Shown here piece after piece: positions 26,901 to 37,708 of a stretch of DNA of 64,000 bases (position 1 is its first letter; each line of letters begins with the position of its first letter). Source of the DNA: Isurus oxyrinchus (Eukaryota); the NCBI GenBank assembly GCA_026770705.1, contig JANJGN010000557.1:310001-374000 (forward strand). Reading direction: 5' to 3'. Made by a program: the position numbers and the translations under genes. The notes beneath the pieces were generated by a model that made no database searches, was not told where the DNA came from, and was given only the letters and a program-made list of their open reading frames with translations.

Positions 26901-27389
26901 TTCTAGGAGCTGCTGTGTTGTCTTCATGGACAATTTTGAATAAAGGCTGCAAAGGACACAAATTTCAGGCCATTGATATCGGAGACCTCAGATTAGGATA
27001 GGCTTCATACCCCAGTTTTTATCCCTGCCTCTCTACTCAACCCGTCAATCCCCATCGCTCACTGACCGAAGTCCGACAGCACCTGGATTCTGCTCCAGCT
27101 GCTACAAAGCTGTCTAACTCTGTAACCACCTCCAGACTCTACAACCATCCAAGACCTCTGCTCTCCTCCAATTCTGCTGTCTTACAAGGAGTCAGTGTAT
27201 ATAAGTGAGCACAGGGCTGTTCGGTGATTGGGACTTGGTGTGAATTTGTACACTGAGTCACTGCTGAATCGGTTCCCAATCACAGATCAATAATAATGCT
27301 CTTTTACAAAGACTATTAACCATAAATCTGTCCAAGCTGACGATAATACCTTGGAGAAGCGACAAGACAAAGTAAGATTTCCCGATCAT
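1..27389 (-). CDS. Gene A: multi-exon Siglec-like type I membrane lectin (leader - V-set - C2 - up to 18 Ig repeats - TM - cytoplasmic); 3' end outside window; span given to the most proximal leader ATG
   Basis: Frame-compatible exons with GT/AG boundaries. V domain has Siglec hallmarks ([18 protein letters not shown] with the essential Arg). Split junction codons rebuild the Siglec-type VQY/VEY/VEH-AP linkers. Confidence 0.88.
345..835 (+). repeat. 33-bp minisatellite (cagtgcagcactccctcagtactgaccctccga)
   Basis: About 13 direct copies; explains the repetitive ORFs here. Confidence 0.95.
1051..1132 (-). CDS. Gene A cytoplasmic exon 1 ((K)[27 protein letters not shown])
   Basis: Acceptor tattgcag; phase 2 matches the TM exon; donor CAG|gtacag; conserved in gene B at 49968-50049. 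Confidence 0.7.
1450..1772 (+). repeat. Two-copy ~180-bp diverged tandem duplication
   Basis: aagggaaacaatcaccgactt(c/a)aggaaagaacattgaagcaaatgtttat occurs at ~1541 and ~1723. Confidence 0.7.
1804..1900 (-). CDS. Gene A transmembrane exon ([32 protein letters not shown]), no charged residue in the hydrophobic span
   Basis: Acceptor tttttacag, donor gtaagt, 97 nt phase 1-2; ~25-residue hydrophobic run followed by basic residues. Confidence 0.85.
2718..2999 (-). CDS. Gene A Ig repeat exon 18 (membrane-proximal)
   Basis: 282 nt, phase 1-1, ttag/gtgagt; [13 protein letters not shown]...DTGDYLC Ig motif. Confidence 0.85.
3761..4042 (-). CDS. Gene A Ig repeat exon 17 (extra Cys, NRTCSIN)
   Basis: 282 nt, phase 1-1, intact splice sites and frame. 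Confidence 0.8.
4745..5026 (-). CDS. Gene A Ig repeat exon 16
   Basis: 282 nt, phase 1-1, intact. Confidence 0.82.
5636..5917 (-). CDS. Gene A Ig repeat exon 15
   Basis: 282 nt, phase 1-1, intact. Confidence 0.82.
7041..7322 (-). CDS. Gene A Ig repeat exon 14
   Basis: 282 nt, phase 1-1, intact. Confidence 0.82.
8051..8332 (-). CDS. Gene A Ig repeat exon 13
   Basis: 282 nt, phase 1-1, intact. Confidence 0.82.
9088..9369 (-). CDS. Gene A Ig repeat exon 12
   Basis: 282 nt, phase 1-1, intact. Confidence 0.82.
10307..10588 (-). CDS. Gene A Ig repeat exon 11
   Basis: 282 nt, phase 1-1, intact. Confidence 0.82.
11365..11646 (-). CDS. Gene A Ig repeat exon 10
   Basis: 282 nt, phase 1-1, intact. 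Confidence 0.82.
12372..12653 (-). pseudogene. Gene A Ig repeat exon 9 with premature stop (GGA>TGA at 12406-12408, AENEH*)
   Basis: Splice sites intact; in-frame TGA where all other copies have GGA. Confidence 0.8.
13453..13734 (-). CDS. Gene A Ig repeat exon 8
   Basis: 282 nt, phase 1-1, intact. Confidence 0.82.
14489..14770 (-). CDS. Gene A Ig repeat exon 7
   Basis: 282 nt, phase 1-1, intact. Confidence 0.82.
15787..16068 (-). CDS. Gene A Ig repeat exon 6
   Basis: 282 nt, phase 1-1, intact. Confidence 0.82.
16742..17023 (-). CDS. Gene A Ig repeat exon 5
   Basis: 282 nt, phase 1-1, intact. Confidence 0.82.
18015..18296 (-). CDS. Gene A Ig repeat exon 4
   Basis: 282 nt, phase 1-1, intact ([16 protein letters not shown]...). 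Confidence 0.82.
18791..19072 (-). CDS. Gene A Ig repeat exon 3
   Basis: 282 nt, phase 1-1, intact, donor gtgaga. Confidence 0.8.
19290..19460 (+). mobile_element. Short CR1-type LINE 3' end
   Basis: Matches the 3' tail of the 21011-21805 element; ends in gtcttata-like repeats. Confidence 0.7.
20239..20520 (-). CDS. Gene A Ig repeat exon 2
   Basis: 282 nt, phase 1-1, intact. Confidence 0.82.
21011..21805 (+). mobile_element. 5'-truncated CR1-type LINE in an Ig-array intron
   Basis: Open RT C-terminal frame (RDLGVLV...LVRPHLEYC...WNSLP) and gtcttatg tail; absent from sister introns. Confidence 0.9.
22392..22673 (-). CDS. Gene A Ig repeat exon 1 (Ig domain 3 of the protein)
   Basis: 282 nt, phase 1-1, intact. 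Confidence 0.85.
22810..23170 (-). repeat. 33-bp minisatellite, reverse orientation
   Basis: About 10 copies of gagggtcagtactgagggagtgctgcactgtca. Confidence 0.92.
23309..23605 (-). CDS. Gene A C2-set exon ([39 protein letters not shown]...SCRVRYP...LTVQ)
   Basis: 297 nt phase 1-1; acceptor tctgttag, donor gtaagt; Siglec domain-2 pattern with an extra Cys for the V-C2 disulfide. Confidence 0.9.
24006..24374 (-). CDS. Gene A V-set sialic-acid-binding exon
   Basis: 369 nt phase 1-1; acceptor ctccccag, donor gtaagt; [23 protein letters not shown] motifs. Confidence 0.92.
25365..26479. repeat. Inverted repeat, ~225-bp arms (25365-25592 / 26254-26479)
   Basis: Arms are reverse complements with few mismatches; spacer ~660 bp. 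Confidence 0.9.
26064..26175 (+). repeat. 28-bp tandem repeat x4 (alternating 56-bp dimer)
   Basis: ggaatctctttggatcctca followed by ctgccaaa or ttgtct(g/a)a. Confidence 0.85.
27350..27389 (-). CDS. Leader (signal peptide) segment, unit 1: [13 protein letters not shown]
   Basis: 40 nt ATG..CAAG|gt, phase 1, joins the V exon as ...LLQVGLSQEW; exon acceptor ctctttcag at 27432. Confidence 0.8.
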
Positions 27390-27839
27390 TGTCCACTCCC
27401 AGATATTTCATCAGTTTCTCACTTTCAAGCTCTGAAAGAGAAAGGAGTTAATGAGACCTCACCTCTTGTCCGACAGCTCTCAAGAGATCAGAACTGCTCG
27501 TAGACAATGTCTTCACAGACTAATTTGATTCTCTGTGGGATGATAGGTGCTCTACAGAGAGTTACATGGCTTAAAGAAAGAAAAACAAGGAAGGACTTGC
27601 ATTCCTATAGCACCTTTCACCACCTCAGGACATCCCAAATCTCATGTCTCTGCACTTCCCTCATCCCTTGAGCTAGAAAGATGTTCTGTACAACAGACTT
27701 GAACCTCACACCCAGATCTCAATAATCAGTAGAAATCTTTCAAAAGCATCAATCATTGGAATCTGTCTTTAGAAAGTCACAACATCAACAAAGGACAGTG
27801 TTGGTCGTGGAAGTGAATTCCAATCATTCCGTTACTTAC

Positions 27840-27990
27840 CCAGGACCTGTCCGACTGCTCGCCTGGGGAGGAACTGCCCACACGCTCTGCTTGGGCTGAA
27901 TGACCTCTTCCTGTGCTGGTCCCTCTGTGTATTTAATTAGAAAGAGCTGATGTGCCACTCTGAGTCAAAATGAGGAAGCTGGAACAAAGT
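27840..27990 (-). promoter_or_regulatory. Putative promoter and non-coding exon 1 of unit 1 (repeated in every unit): PU.1/Ets-like AAAATGAGGAAG box, TATA-like TTAAATA, exon ending at a gtaagt donor
   Basis: Same module precedes the leader of plus-strand gene C (56140-56290); AAAATGAGGAAGT or AAAAAGAGGAAGT in nine units and AAAATGAGGAAGC in unit 1. Confidence 0.55.
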
Positions 27991-29096
27991 GAGAGAACAG
28001 CACTTTGCTGTGCACTGTCAGTAAACCCTGTGTCTGTATAAGAATATAAGAACAGAACAAGTAGGATCAGCTGGACACCCTGACATTTTCATTCCTTATA
28101 TTCCATCCACTCATTTTTTTATTCACCCACTGAAACTATTAATCTCCCTCTGCAGCCTCTTTGTGTCCTCCTCACAACTTACTTTCCTGCCCAGCTTAAA
28201 TATTTAGTACCTATCTGCACCATACAGTCAGAAAATCTGCCTACAGTCCAGTCAGTCCCTTCATCCAAGTCACTAATGTAGATTGTGAATAGTTGAGGCT
28301 TTGAAATATCTGTCCAATTATTCCCACACTCACCTCTGCTCTCTTCTCCAAAGCCCTACAAAATGTCCCCTTCAAGTATTTATCCAGTTCCCCTTCTGAA
28401 AGTTCCTGTTGAATCTGCTTCCACCGGCCTTTCAGGCAGTGAGTCAATGGTCTCTCTCTGAGCTGCAAAGTGCTCAGATTCTGTGAAATTTAAACTCTGC
28501 AGCAGGTCAGAGACACTCATGAGAACTCAGAATATTTGACAGTTGTACACACAGACAGCTTTGCCTCCCTTCTCTCTTTCAGTTATCTTGCTCCCTTATT
28601 GAAGTATCTAGCATGGTGAGAATGGACAGGAAGTGTTATGCTGAACAGCCTGTCTATTCTAGGAGCTGCTGTGTGCCTTCATGGGAAATTCTGACTAAAA
28701 TCAGCAACAGACACTAATTTCAGGTTATAGCTATCATAGTCCTAGCATCGGGATAGACTTCATCCCCTAGTTTACATCCCTGATTTCCTGCCCAACCCAT
28801 CATCCCTCTCGCTCACTGGCCAACGCCCGACATCTGATCTCGCCACTACAATCCTGCCCAACTCTGTAACCTCCTCCAGCCCCTACAACCCTCCAAGACC
28901 TCAGCTCTCCTCCAATTCTGCTGTCAGACAGGGAGTCAGTGTACATCAGTGAGCAAAGGGGTGATGGGTGAATGGGACTTGGTATGAGTTTGTACAATGG
29001 CTCACTGCTGAATCAGTTCCCAATCACAGATCAATAAGAATGATCTTTTACAAAGACTATTAACCATAAAACTGTCTGAGCTGACGATGATATTAC

Positions 29097-29136
29097 CTTG
29101 GAGAAGTGACAGCAAGATGTAAGATTTCCCGAACAT
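29097..29136 (-). CDS. Leader, unit 2: MFGKSYILLSLLQ
   Basis: 40 nt, ATG and GT donor intact. Confidence 0.65.
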
Positions 29137-30858
29137 TGTCCACTCCCAGATATTCCATCAGCTTCTTACTTTCAAGGTCTGAAAGGGAAAGGTTTTAATG
29201 AGACCTCACATCTTGTCCGACAGCTGTCGAAAGATCAGAACTGCTTTTAAACAATGTCTTCACTGACTAATTTGATTCTCTGTGCGATGATAGGTGCTCT
29301 ACATAGAGTTACAAGGCTTTAAGAAAACAAAACAAGGAAGGACTTGCATTTCTATAGCACCTTTCACCACCTCAGGACATCCCAAAGCTCATGTCTCTGC
29401 ACTTCCCTCATCCCTTGAGCTAGAAAGATGTTCTGTACAACAGACTTGAGCCTCACACCCAGATCTCAATAATCAGTGGAAATCTTTCAAAGGCATCAAT
29501 CATTGGAATCTGTCTTTATAAAGTCACAACATCAACTAAAGCCCGGTGCTGGTCATTGAAGTGAATTCCAATCGTTCCGTTACTTACCCAGGACCTGTCC
29601 GACTGCTCGCCTGGGGAGGAACATGCCCACACACTCTGCTAAGGCTGAATGACCTCTTCCTGTGCTGATCCATCTGTGTATTTAATTAGAAAGAGCTGAT
29701 ATTTCACTGTGAGACAAAATGAGGAAGTTGGAACAAAGTGAGAGAACAGCACTTTGCTGTGCACTGTCAGTAAACCCTGTGTCTGTATAAGAATATAAGA
29801 ACAGAACAAATAGGATCAGCTGGACACCCTGACATTTTCATTCCTTATATTCCATCCGCTCATTTTTTTATCCACTCACTGAAACTATTTATCTGCCTCT
29901 CCAGCCTCTTTGTGCCCTCCTCACAGCTTGCTTTCCTGCACAGCTTATATATTTCGTACCTATCTGCACCAGACAGAAAATCTGTCTACAGTACAGTCAG
30001 TCTCGTCATCCAAGTCGCCATTGTAGATTGTGAATAGTTGAGGCTTTGAAAGATCTGTCCAATTATTCCCACTCTCCCATCTGCTCTCTCCACCACAGCC
30101 CAACAAAATGTCCCCTTCAACTATTTACACAGTTCCATTTCTGAAAGTTCCTGTTGAATCTGTTTCCACCGCCCTTTCAGGCAGTGAGTCAATGGTCTCT
30201 CTCTGAACTCCAAAGTGCTAAGATTCTGTGAAATTTAAACTCTGCAGCAGATCAGAGACAATCATGAGAACTCAGAATATTTGAGACATTTACACAGAGA
30301 GAGCTTAGCCTTCCTTTTCTCTTTCAGTTATTTTGCTCCCTTATTGAAGTATCTAGCATGGTGATACTGGACAGGAAGCGTGATACTGAACAGCCTGTCT
30401 ATTCTAGGAGCTGCTGTTTTGTCTTCATGGGATATTTTGAATAAAGGCAGCAAAGGACACAAATTTCAGACCATTGCTATCGGAGACCTTGCAGCAGAAT
30501 AGACTACATTCCCCAGTATTTATCCCTGCTTCTCTACTCAACCCATCAATCCCCATTGCTCAATGTCCAATGTCCGACATCACCTGAACTTTAAGATTCT
30601 GCTCTCGCTGCTACTATCCTGCCTAAGTATGTAACCTCCTCCAGCCTCTACAACCATCCAGGATCTCTGCTCTCCTCCAATTCTGCAGTCAGACAGGGAG
30701 TCAGTGTATACCAGTGAGCACAGGGCTGATGGGTGAATGAGACTTGGTTTGAGTTTGTACATTGGCTCACTGCTGAATCAGTTCCCAATCACAGATCAAT
30801 GAGAATGATCTTTTACAAAGACTATTAACCATAAATCTGTTCAAGCTGATGATATTAC

Positions 30859-30898
30859 CTTGGAGAAGCGACAGGACGAAGTAAGATTTCCCGATCAT
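30859..30898 (-). CDS. Leader, unit 3: [13 protein letters not shown]
   Basis: 40 nt, ATG and GT donor intact. Confidence 0.65.
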
Positions 30899-32619
30899 TG
30901 TCCACTCCCAGATATTTCATCAGTTTCTCACTCTCAAGCTCTGAAAGAAAATGGATTTAATGAGACCTCACCTCTTGTCCGACAGCTCTCGAGAGATCAG
31001 AACTGCTTTTAGACAATGTCTTCATAGACTAATTTGGTTCTCTGCGGGATGATAGGTGCTCTGCAGTGAGCTACAAGGCTTTAAGAAAGAAAAGCAAGGA
31101 AGGACTTGCATTTCAATAGTGCTCTTCACCATCTAGGACATCCCAAATCTCATGTCTCTGCACTTGTCTCATCCCTTGAGCTAGAAAGATGTTCTGTACA
31201 ACAGACTTGAACCTCACACCCAGATTTCAATAATCAGTAGAAATCTTTCAAAGGCATCAATCATTGGAATCTGTCTTTATAAAGTCACAACATCAACAAA
31301 GGACGGTGTTGGTGGTGGAAGTGAATTCCAATCGTTCCGTTACTTACCCAGGACCTGTCCGACTGCTCGCCTGGGGAGGAACTGCCCACACGCTTTGCTT
31401 GGGCTGAATGACCTCTTCCTGTGCTGATCTATCTGTGTATTTAATTAGAAAGGGCTGATGTGTCACTGTGAGACAAAAAGAGGAAGTTGGAACAAAGTGA
31501 GAGAACAGCACTTTGCTGTGCACTGTCAGCAAACCCTGTGTCTGTATAAGAATATAAGAACAGAACAAGTAGGATCAGCTGGACACCCTGACATTTCCCC
31601 CCTTATATGCCAACCATTCATTTTTTGTCCACCCACTAAAACTATTTGTCTCCCTCTACTGCCTCTTTGTGCCCTCCTCACAACTTGCTTTCCTGCCCAG
31701 CTTACATATTTCCTACCTATCTTCACCACACAGTCAGAAAATCTGCCTACAGTACAATCAGTCTCTTCATCCAAGTCACTAATGTGGATGGTGAATAGTT
31801 GAGGCTTTGAAAGATCTGTCCAATTATTCCCACTCTCACCTCTACTCTCTCCTCCACAACCCTGCAAAATGTCCCCTTCAAGTATTTATCCAGTTCCCCT
31901 TCTGAAAGTTCCTGTTGAATCTGCTTCCACCGCCCTTTCAGGCAGTGAGTCAATGGTCTCTCTCTGAGCTGCAAAGTGCTCAGATTCTGTGAAATTTAAA
32001 CTCTGCAGCAGGTCAGAGACAATTATGAGAACTCAGAATATTTGACAGTTTTACACACAGATAGCTTTACCTCCCTTCTCTCTTTCAGTTATCTTGCTCC
32101 CTTATTGAAGTATCTAGCAAGGTGAGAATGGACAGGAAGTGTGACACTGAACAGCCTGTCTATTCGAGGAGCTACTGTGTTGTCTTCATGGGCAATTTCG
32201 AATAAAGGCAGCAACGGGCACATATTTCAGGCCATTGATATCGGAGACCTCACATTAGGACGGACTTCATCCCCCATTATTTATCCCTGCTTCTCTACTC
32301 GACCCTTCAATCCCCATTGCTCACTGACAAAGGTCCGACAGCTACTGAATTTTAAGATTCTGCTCTAGCTTCTACAAACCTGTCTAACTCTGTAACCTCC
32401 ACCAGACTCTACAACCATCCAAGACCTCCGCTCTCCTCCAATTCTGCTGTCGTACAAGAAGTCCATGTATATAAGTGAGCACAGGGCCGTTCGGTGATTG
32501 GGACTTGGTGTGAGTTTGTAGACCGTGTCACTGCTGAATCGGTTCCCAATCACAGATCAATAAGAATGCTCTTTTACAAAGACTATTACTCATAAATCTG
32601 TCAGAGCTGAAGATATTAT

Positions 32620-32659
32620 CTTGGAGAAGTGACAGGAGGAAGTAAGATTTCCCAATCAT
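32620..32659 (-). pseudogene. Leader, unit 4: MIGKSYFLLSLLQ with donor GT>AT
   Basis: CCAAG|ataata instead of gtaata. Confidence 0.65.
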
Positions 32660-34367
32660 TGTCCACTCCCAGATATTTCATCAGGTTCTCACTCTCAAGC
32701 TCTGAAAGAGAAATGAGTTAATGAGACCTCACCTCTTGTCCGACAGCACTCGAGAGATCAGAACTGCTTTTAGACAATGTCTTCACAGACTAATTTGATT
32801 CTCTGTGGGATGATAGGTGCTCTACAGAGAGTTATATGGCTTAAAGAAAGAAAAACAAGGAAGGACTTGCATTCCTATAGCACCTTTCACCACCTCAGGA
32901 CATCCCAAATCTCATGTCTCTGCACTTCCCTCATCTATTGAGCTAGAAAGATGTTCTGTACAACAGACTTGAGCCTCACACCCAGATCTCAATAATCAGT
33001 AGAAATCTTTCAAAGGCATCAATCATTGGAATCTGTCCTTATAAAGTCACAACATCAACAAAGGACGGTGTTGGTCGTGGAAGTGAATTCCAATCGTTCC
33101 GTTACTTACCCAGGACCTGTCCGACTGCTCGCCTGGGGAGGAACTGCCCACACGCTCTGCTTGGGCTGAATGACCTCTTCCTGTGCTGCTCCCTTTGTGT
33201 GTTTATTTAGAAAGAGCTGATGTGCCACTCTGAGACAAAATGAGGAAGTTGGAACAAAGTGACAGAACAGCACTTTGCTGTGCACTGTCAGTAAACCCTG
33301 TGTCTGTATAAGAATATAAGAACAGAACAAATAGAATCAGCTGGACACCCTGACATTTTCATGCCTTATATTCCATCCACTCATTTTTTTATCCACTCAC
33401 TGAAACTATTTATCTCCCTCTGCAGCCTCTTTGTGTCCTCCTCACAACTTGCTTTCCTGCCCAGCTTATATATTTCCTACCTATCTGCACCATACAGTCA
33501 GAAAATCTGCCTACAGTACAGTCAGTCCCTTCATCCAAGTCACTAATGTAGATTGTGAATAGTTGAGGCTTTGAAAGATCTGTCCAATTATTCCCACACT
33601 CACCTCTGCTCTCTCCTCCATAGCCCTGCAAAATGTCCCCTTCAAGTATTTATCCAGTTCCCCTTCTGAAAGTTCCTGTTGAATCTGCTTCCACCGCCCT
33701 TTCAGGCAGTGAGTCAATGGTCTCTCTCTGAGCTGCAAAGTGCTCAGATTCTGTGAAATTTAAACTCTGCAGCAGATCAGAGACACTCATGATAACTCAG
33801 AATATTTGACAGTTGTACACACAGACAGCTTTGCCTCCCTTCTCTCTTTCAGTTATCTTGCCCCTTATCAAAGTTTCTAGCATGGTGAAAATGGACAGGA
33901 GGTGTGACACTGAACAGCCTGTCTATTCTAGGAGCTGCTGTGTTGTCTTCATGGGAAATTCTGACTAAAATCAGCAACAGACACTAATTTCAGCTTATAG
34001 CTATCATAGTCTTAGCATCGGGATAGACTTCATCCCCCAGTTTTCATCCCTGATTTCCTGCTCAAACTATCACTCCGCCTCGCTCACTGGCCAACGCCCG
34101 ACTTCTGATCTCGCCGCTACAATCCTGCCCAACTCTGTAACCTTCTCCAGCCCCTACAACCCTCCAAGACCTCTGCTTTCCTCCAATTCTGCTGTCAGAC
34201 AGGGAGTCAGTGTACATCAGTGAGCACAGGGGTGATGGGTGAATGGGATATGGTGTGAGTTTGTACACTGGCTCACTGCTGAATCAGTTCCCTATCACAA
34301 ATCTTTAAGAATGACCTTTTACAAAGACTATTAACCATAAAACTGTCTGAGCTGACGATGATATTAC

Positions 34368-34407
34368 CTTGGAGAAGTGACAGGAAGAAGTAAGATTTTA
34401 CGATCAT
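34368..34407 (-). CDS. Leader, unit 5: MIVKSYFFLSLLQ
   Basis: 40 nt, ATG and GT donor intact. Confidence 0.65.
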
Positions 34408-37400
34408 TGTCCACTCCCAGCTATTACATCAGCTTCTCACTCTCAAGGTCTGAAAGAGAAAGGATTTAATGAGACCTCACGTCTTGTCCGACAGCGGTCG
34501 AGAGATCAGAACTGCTTTTAAATAATGTCTTCACCGACTAATTTGATTCTATGTGCGATGATAGGTGCTCTGCAGAGAGTAACAAGGCTTTAAGAAAGAA
34601 AAACAAGGAAGGACTTTCATTTCTATAGCACCTTTCACCACCTCAGGACATCCCAAAGCTCATGTCTCTGCACTTCCCTCATCCCTTGAGCTAGAAAGAT
34701 GTTCTGTACAACAGACTTGAGCCTCACACCCAAATCTCAATAATCAGTGGAAATCTTTCAAAGGCATCAATCATTGGAATCTGTCTTTATAAAGTCACAA
34801 CATCAACAAAGGACGGTGTTTGTGGTGGAAGTGAATTTCAATCGTTCCGTTAATTACCCAGGACCTGTCCGACTGCTCGCCTGGGGAGGAACTGCCCACA
34901 TGCTCTGTTTGGGCTGAATGACCTCTTCCTGTGTTGATCCATCTGTGTATTTAATTAGAAAGAGCTGATATTTCACTGTGAGTCAAAATGAGGAAGTTGG
35001 AACAAAGTGGGAGAACAGCACTTAGCTGTGCACTGTCAGCAAACCCTGTGTCTGTATAAGAATATAAGAACAGAAAAAGTAGGATCAGCTGGACACCCTG
35101 ACATTTTCTCTCTTTATATGCCAACCACTCATTTTTTTATCCACTCACTGAAACTATTTATTTGCCTCTCCAGCCTCTTTGTGCCCTCCTCACAACTTGC
35201 TTTCCTGCCCAGCTTAAATATTTTGTACCTATCTGCACCATACAGTCAGAAAATCTGTCTACAGTACAGTCAGTCCCTTCATCCAAGTCACTAATGTAGA
35301 TTGTGAATAGTTGAGTCTTTGAAAGATCTGTCCAATTATTCCCACTCTCACCTCTGCTCTCTCCTCCACAGCCCTACAAAATGTCCCCTTCAACTATTTA
35401 TCGAGTTCCCCTTCTGAAAGTTCCTGTTGAATCTGCTTCCACCGGCCTTTCAAGCAGTGAGTCAATGGTCTCTCTCTGAGCTGCAAAGTGCTCAGATTCT
35501 GTGAAATTTAAACTCTGCAGCAGATCAGAAACAAACATGATAACTCAGAATATTTGAGACATTTACACAGAGAGAGCTTTACCTTCCTTTTCTCTTTCAG
35601 TTATCTTGCTCCCTTATTGAAGTTTCTAGCATGGTGAGAATGGACAGGAAGTGTGACACTGAACAGCCTGTCTATTCGAGGAGCTGCTGTGTTGTCTTCA
35701 TGGGAAATTTTGAATAAAGGCAGCAAAGGATACAAATTTCAGACCATTGCTATCGGAGACCTCGCAACAGGATAGACTTCATACCCCAGTATTTCTCCCT
35801 GCTTCTCTACTCAACCCATCAATCCCCATTGCTCACTGACCAATGTCAGACAGCACCTGAATTTTAAGATTGTGCTCTCGCTGCTACAATCTTGCCTAAC
35901 TCTGTAACCTCCTCCAGCATCTACAACCCTCCAAGATCTCTGCTCTGCTCCAATTCTGCTATCAGACAGGGAGTCAGTGTATACCAGTGAGCACAGTGGT
36001 GATGGGTGAATGGGACTTGGTGTGAATGGGACAGCGGGCGAGAGATCAGATCTGCTTTTAAATAATGGCTTCACCGACTAATTTGATTCTATGTGCGATG
36101 ATAGGTGCTCTGCAGAGAGTAACAAGGCTTTAAGAAAGAAAAACAAGGAAGGACTTGCATTTCTATAGCACCTTTCACCACCTCAGTACATCCCAAAGCT
36201 CATGTCTCTGCACTTCCCTCATCCCTTGAGCTAGAAAGATGTTCTGTACAACAGACTTGAGCCTCACACCCAGATCTCAATAATCAGTAGAAATCTTTCA
36301 AAGGCATCAATCATTGGAATCTGTCTTTATAAAGTCACAACATCAACAAAGGACGGTGCTGGTCATTGAAGTGAATTCCAATTGTTCCGTTACTTACCCA
36401 GGACCTGTCCGACTGCTCGCCTGGGGAGGAACATGCCCACACGCTCTGCTAAGGCTGAATGACCTCTTCCTGTGCTGATCCATCTGTGTATTTAATTAGA
36501 AAGAGCTGATATTTCACTGTGAGACAAAATGAGGAAGTTGGAACAAAGTGAGAGAACAGCACTTTGCTGTGCACTGTCAGTAAACCCTGTGTCTGTATAA
36601 GAATATAAGAACAGAACAAATAGGATCAGCTGGACAATCTGACATTTTCCCTCCTTATATGCCAACCACTCATTTTTTTATCCACTCACTGAAACTATTT
36701 ATCTGCCTCTCCAGCCTCTTTGTGCCCTCCTCACAACTTGCTTTCCTGCACAGCTTATATATTTCGTACCTATCTGCACCAGACAGAAAATCTGTCTACA
36801 GAACAGTCAGTCTCTTCATCCAAGTCGCCATTGTAGATTGTGAATAGTTGAGGCTTTGAAAGATCTGTCCAATTATTCCCACTCTCACATCTGCTCTCTC
36901 CACCACAGCCCAACAAAATGTCCCCTTCAACTATTTACCCAGTTCCACTTCTGAAAGTTCCTGTTGAATCTGTTTCCACCGCCCTTTCAGGCAGTGAGTC
37001 AATGGTCTCTCTCTGAACTCCAAAGTGCTAAGATTCTGTGAAATTTAAACTCTGTAGCAGATCAGAGACAATCATGAGAACTCAGAATATTTGAGACATT
37101 TACACAGAGAGAGCTTAACCTTCCTTTTCTCTTTCAGTTATCTTGCTCCCTTATTGAAGTTGCTAGCATGGTGATACTGGACAGGAAGCGTGATACTGAA
37201 CAGCCTGTCTATTCTAGGAGCTGCTGTTTTGTCTTCATGGGATATTTTGAATAAAGGCAGCAAAGGACACAAATTTCAGACCATTGCTATCGGAGACCTT
37301 GCAGCAGAATAGACTACATCCCCCAGTATTTATCCCTGCTTCTCTACTCAACCCATCAATCCCCATTGCTCAATGACCAATGTCCGACATCACCTGAATT

Positions 37401-37668
37401 TTAAGATTCTGCTCTCGCTGCTACTATCCTGCCTATGTATGTAACCTCCTCCAGCCTCTACAACCATCCAGGATCTCTGCTCTCCTCCAATTCTGCAGTC
37501 AGACAGGGAGTCAGTGTATACCAGTGAGCACAGGGGTGATGGGTGAATGAGACTTGGTGTGAGTTTGTACAATGGCTCACTGCTGAATCAGTTCCCAATC
37601 ACAGATCAATGAGAATGCTCTTTTACAAAGACTATTAACCATAAATCTGTTCAAGCTGATGATATTAC

Positions 37669-37708
37669 CTTGGAGAAGCGACAGGACGAAGTAAGATTTC
37701 CCGATCAT
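37669..37708 (-). CDS. Leader, unit 7: [13 protein letters not shown]
   Basis: 40 nt, intact; unit 6 lacks this exon (deletion near 36030). Confidence 0.65.
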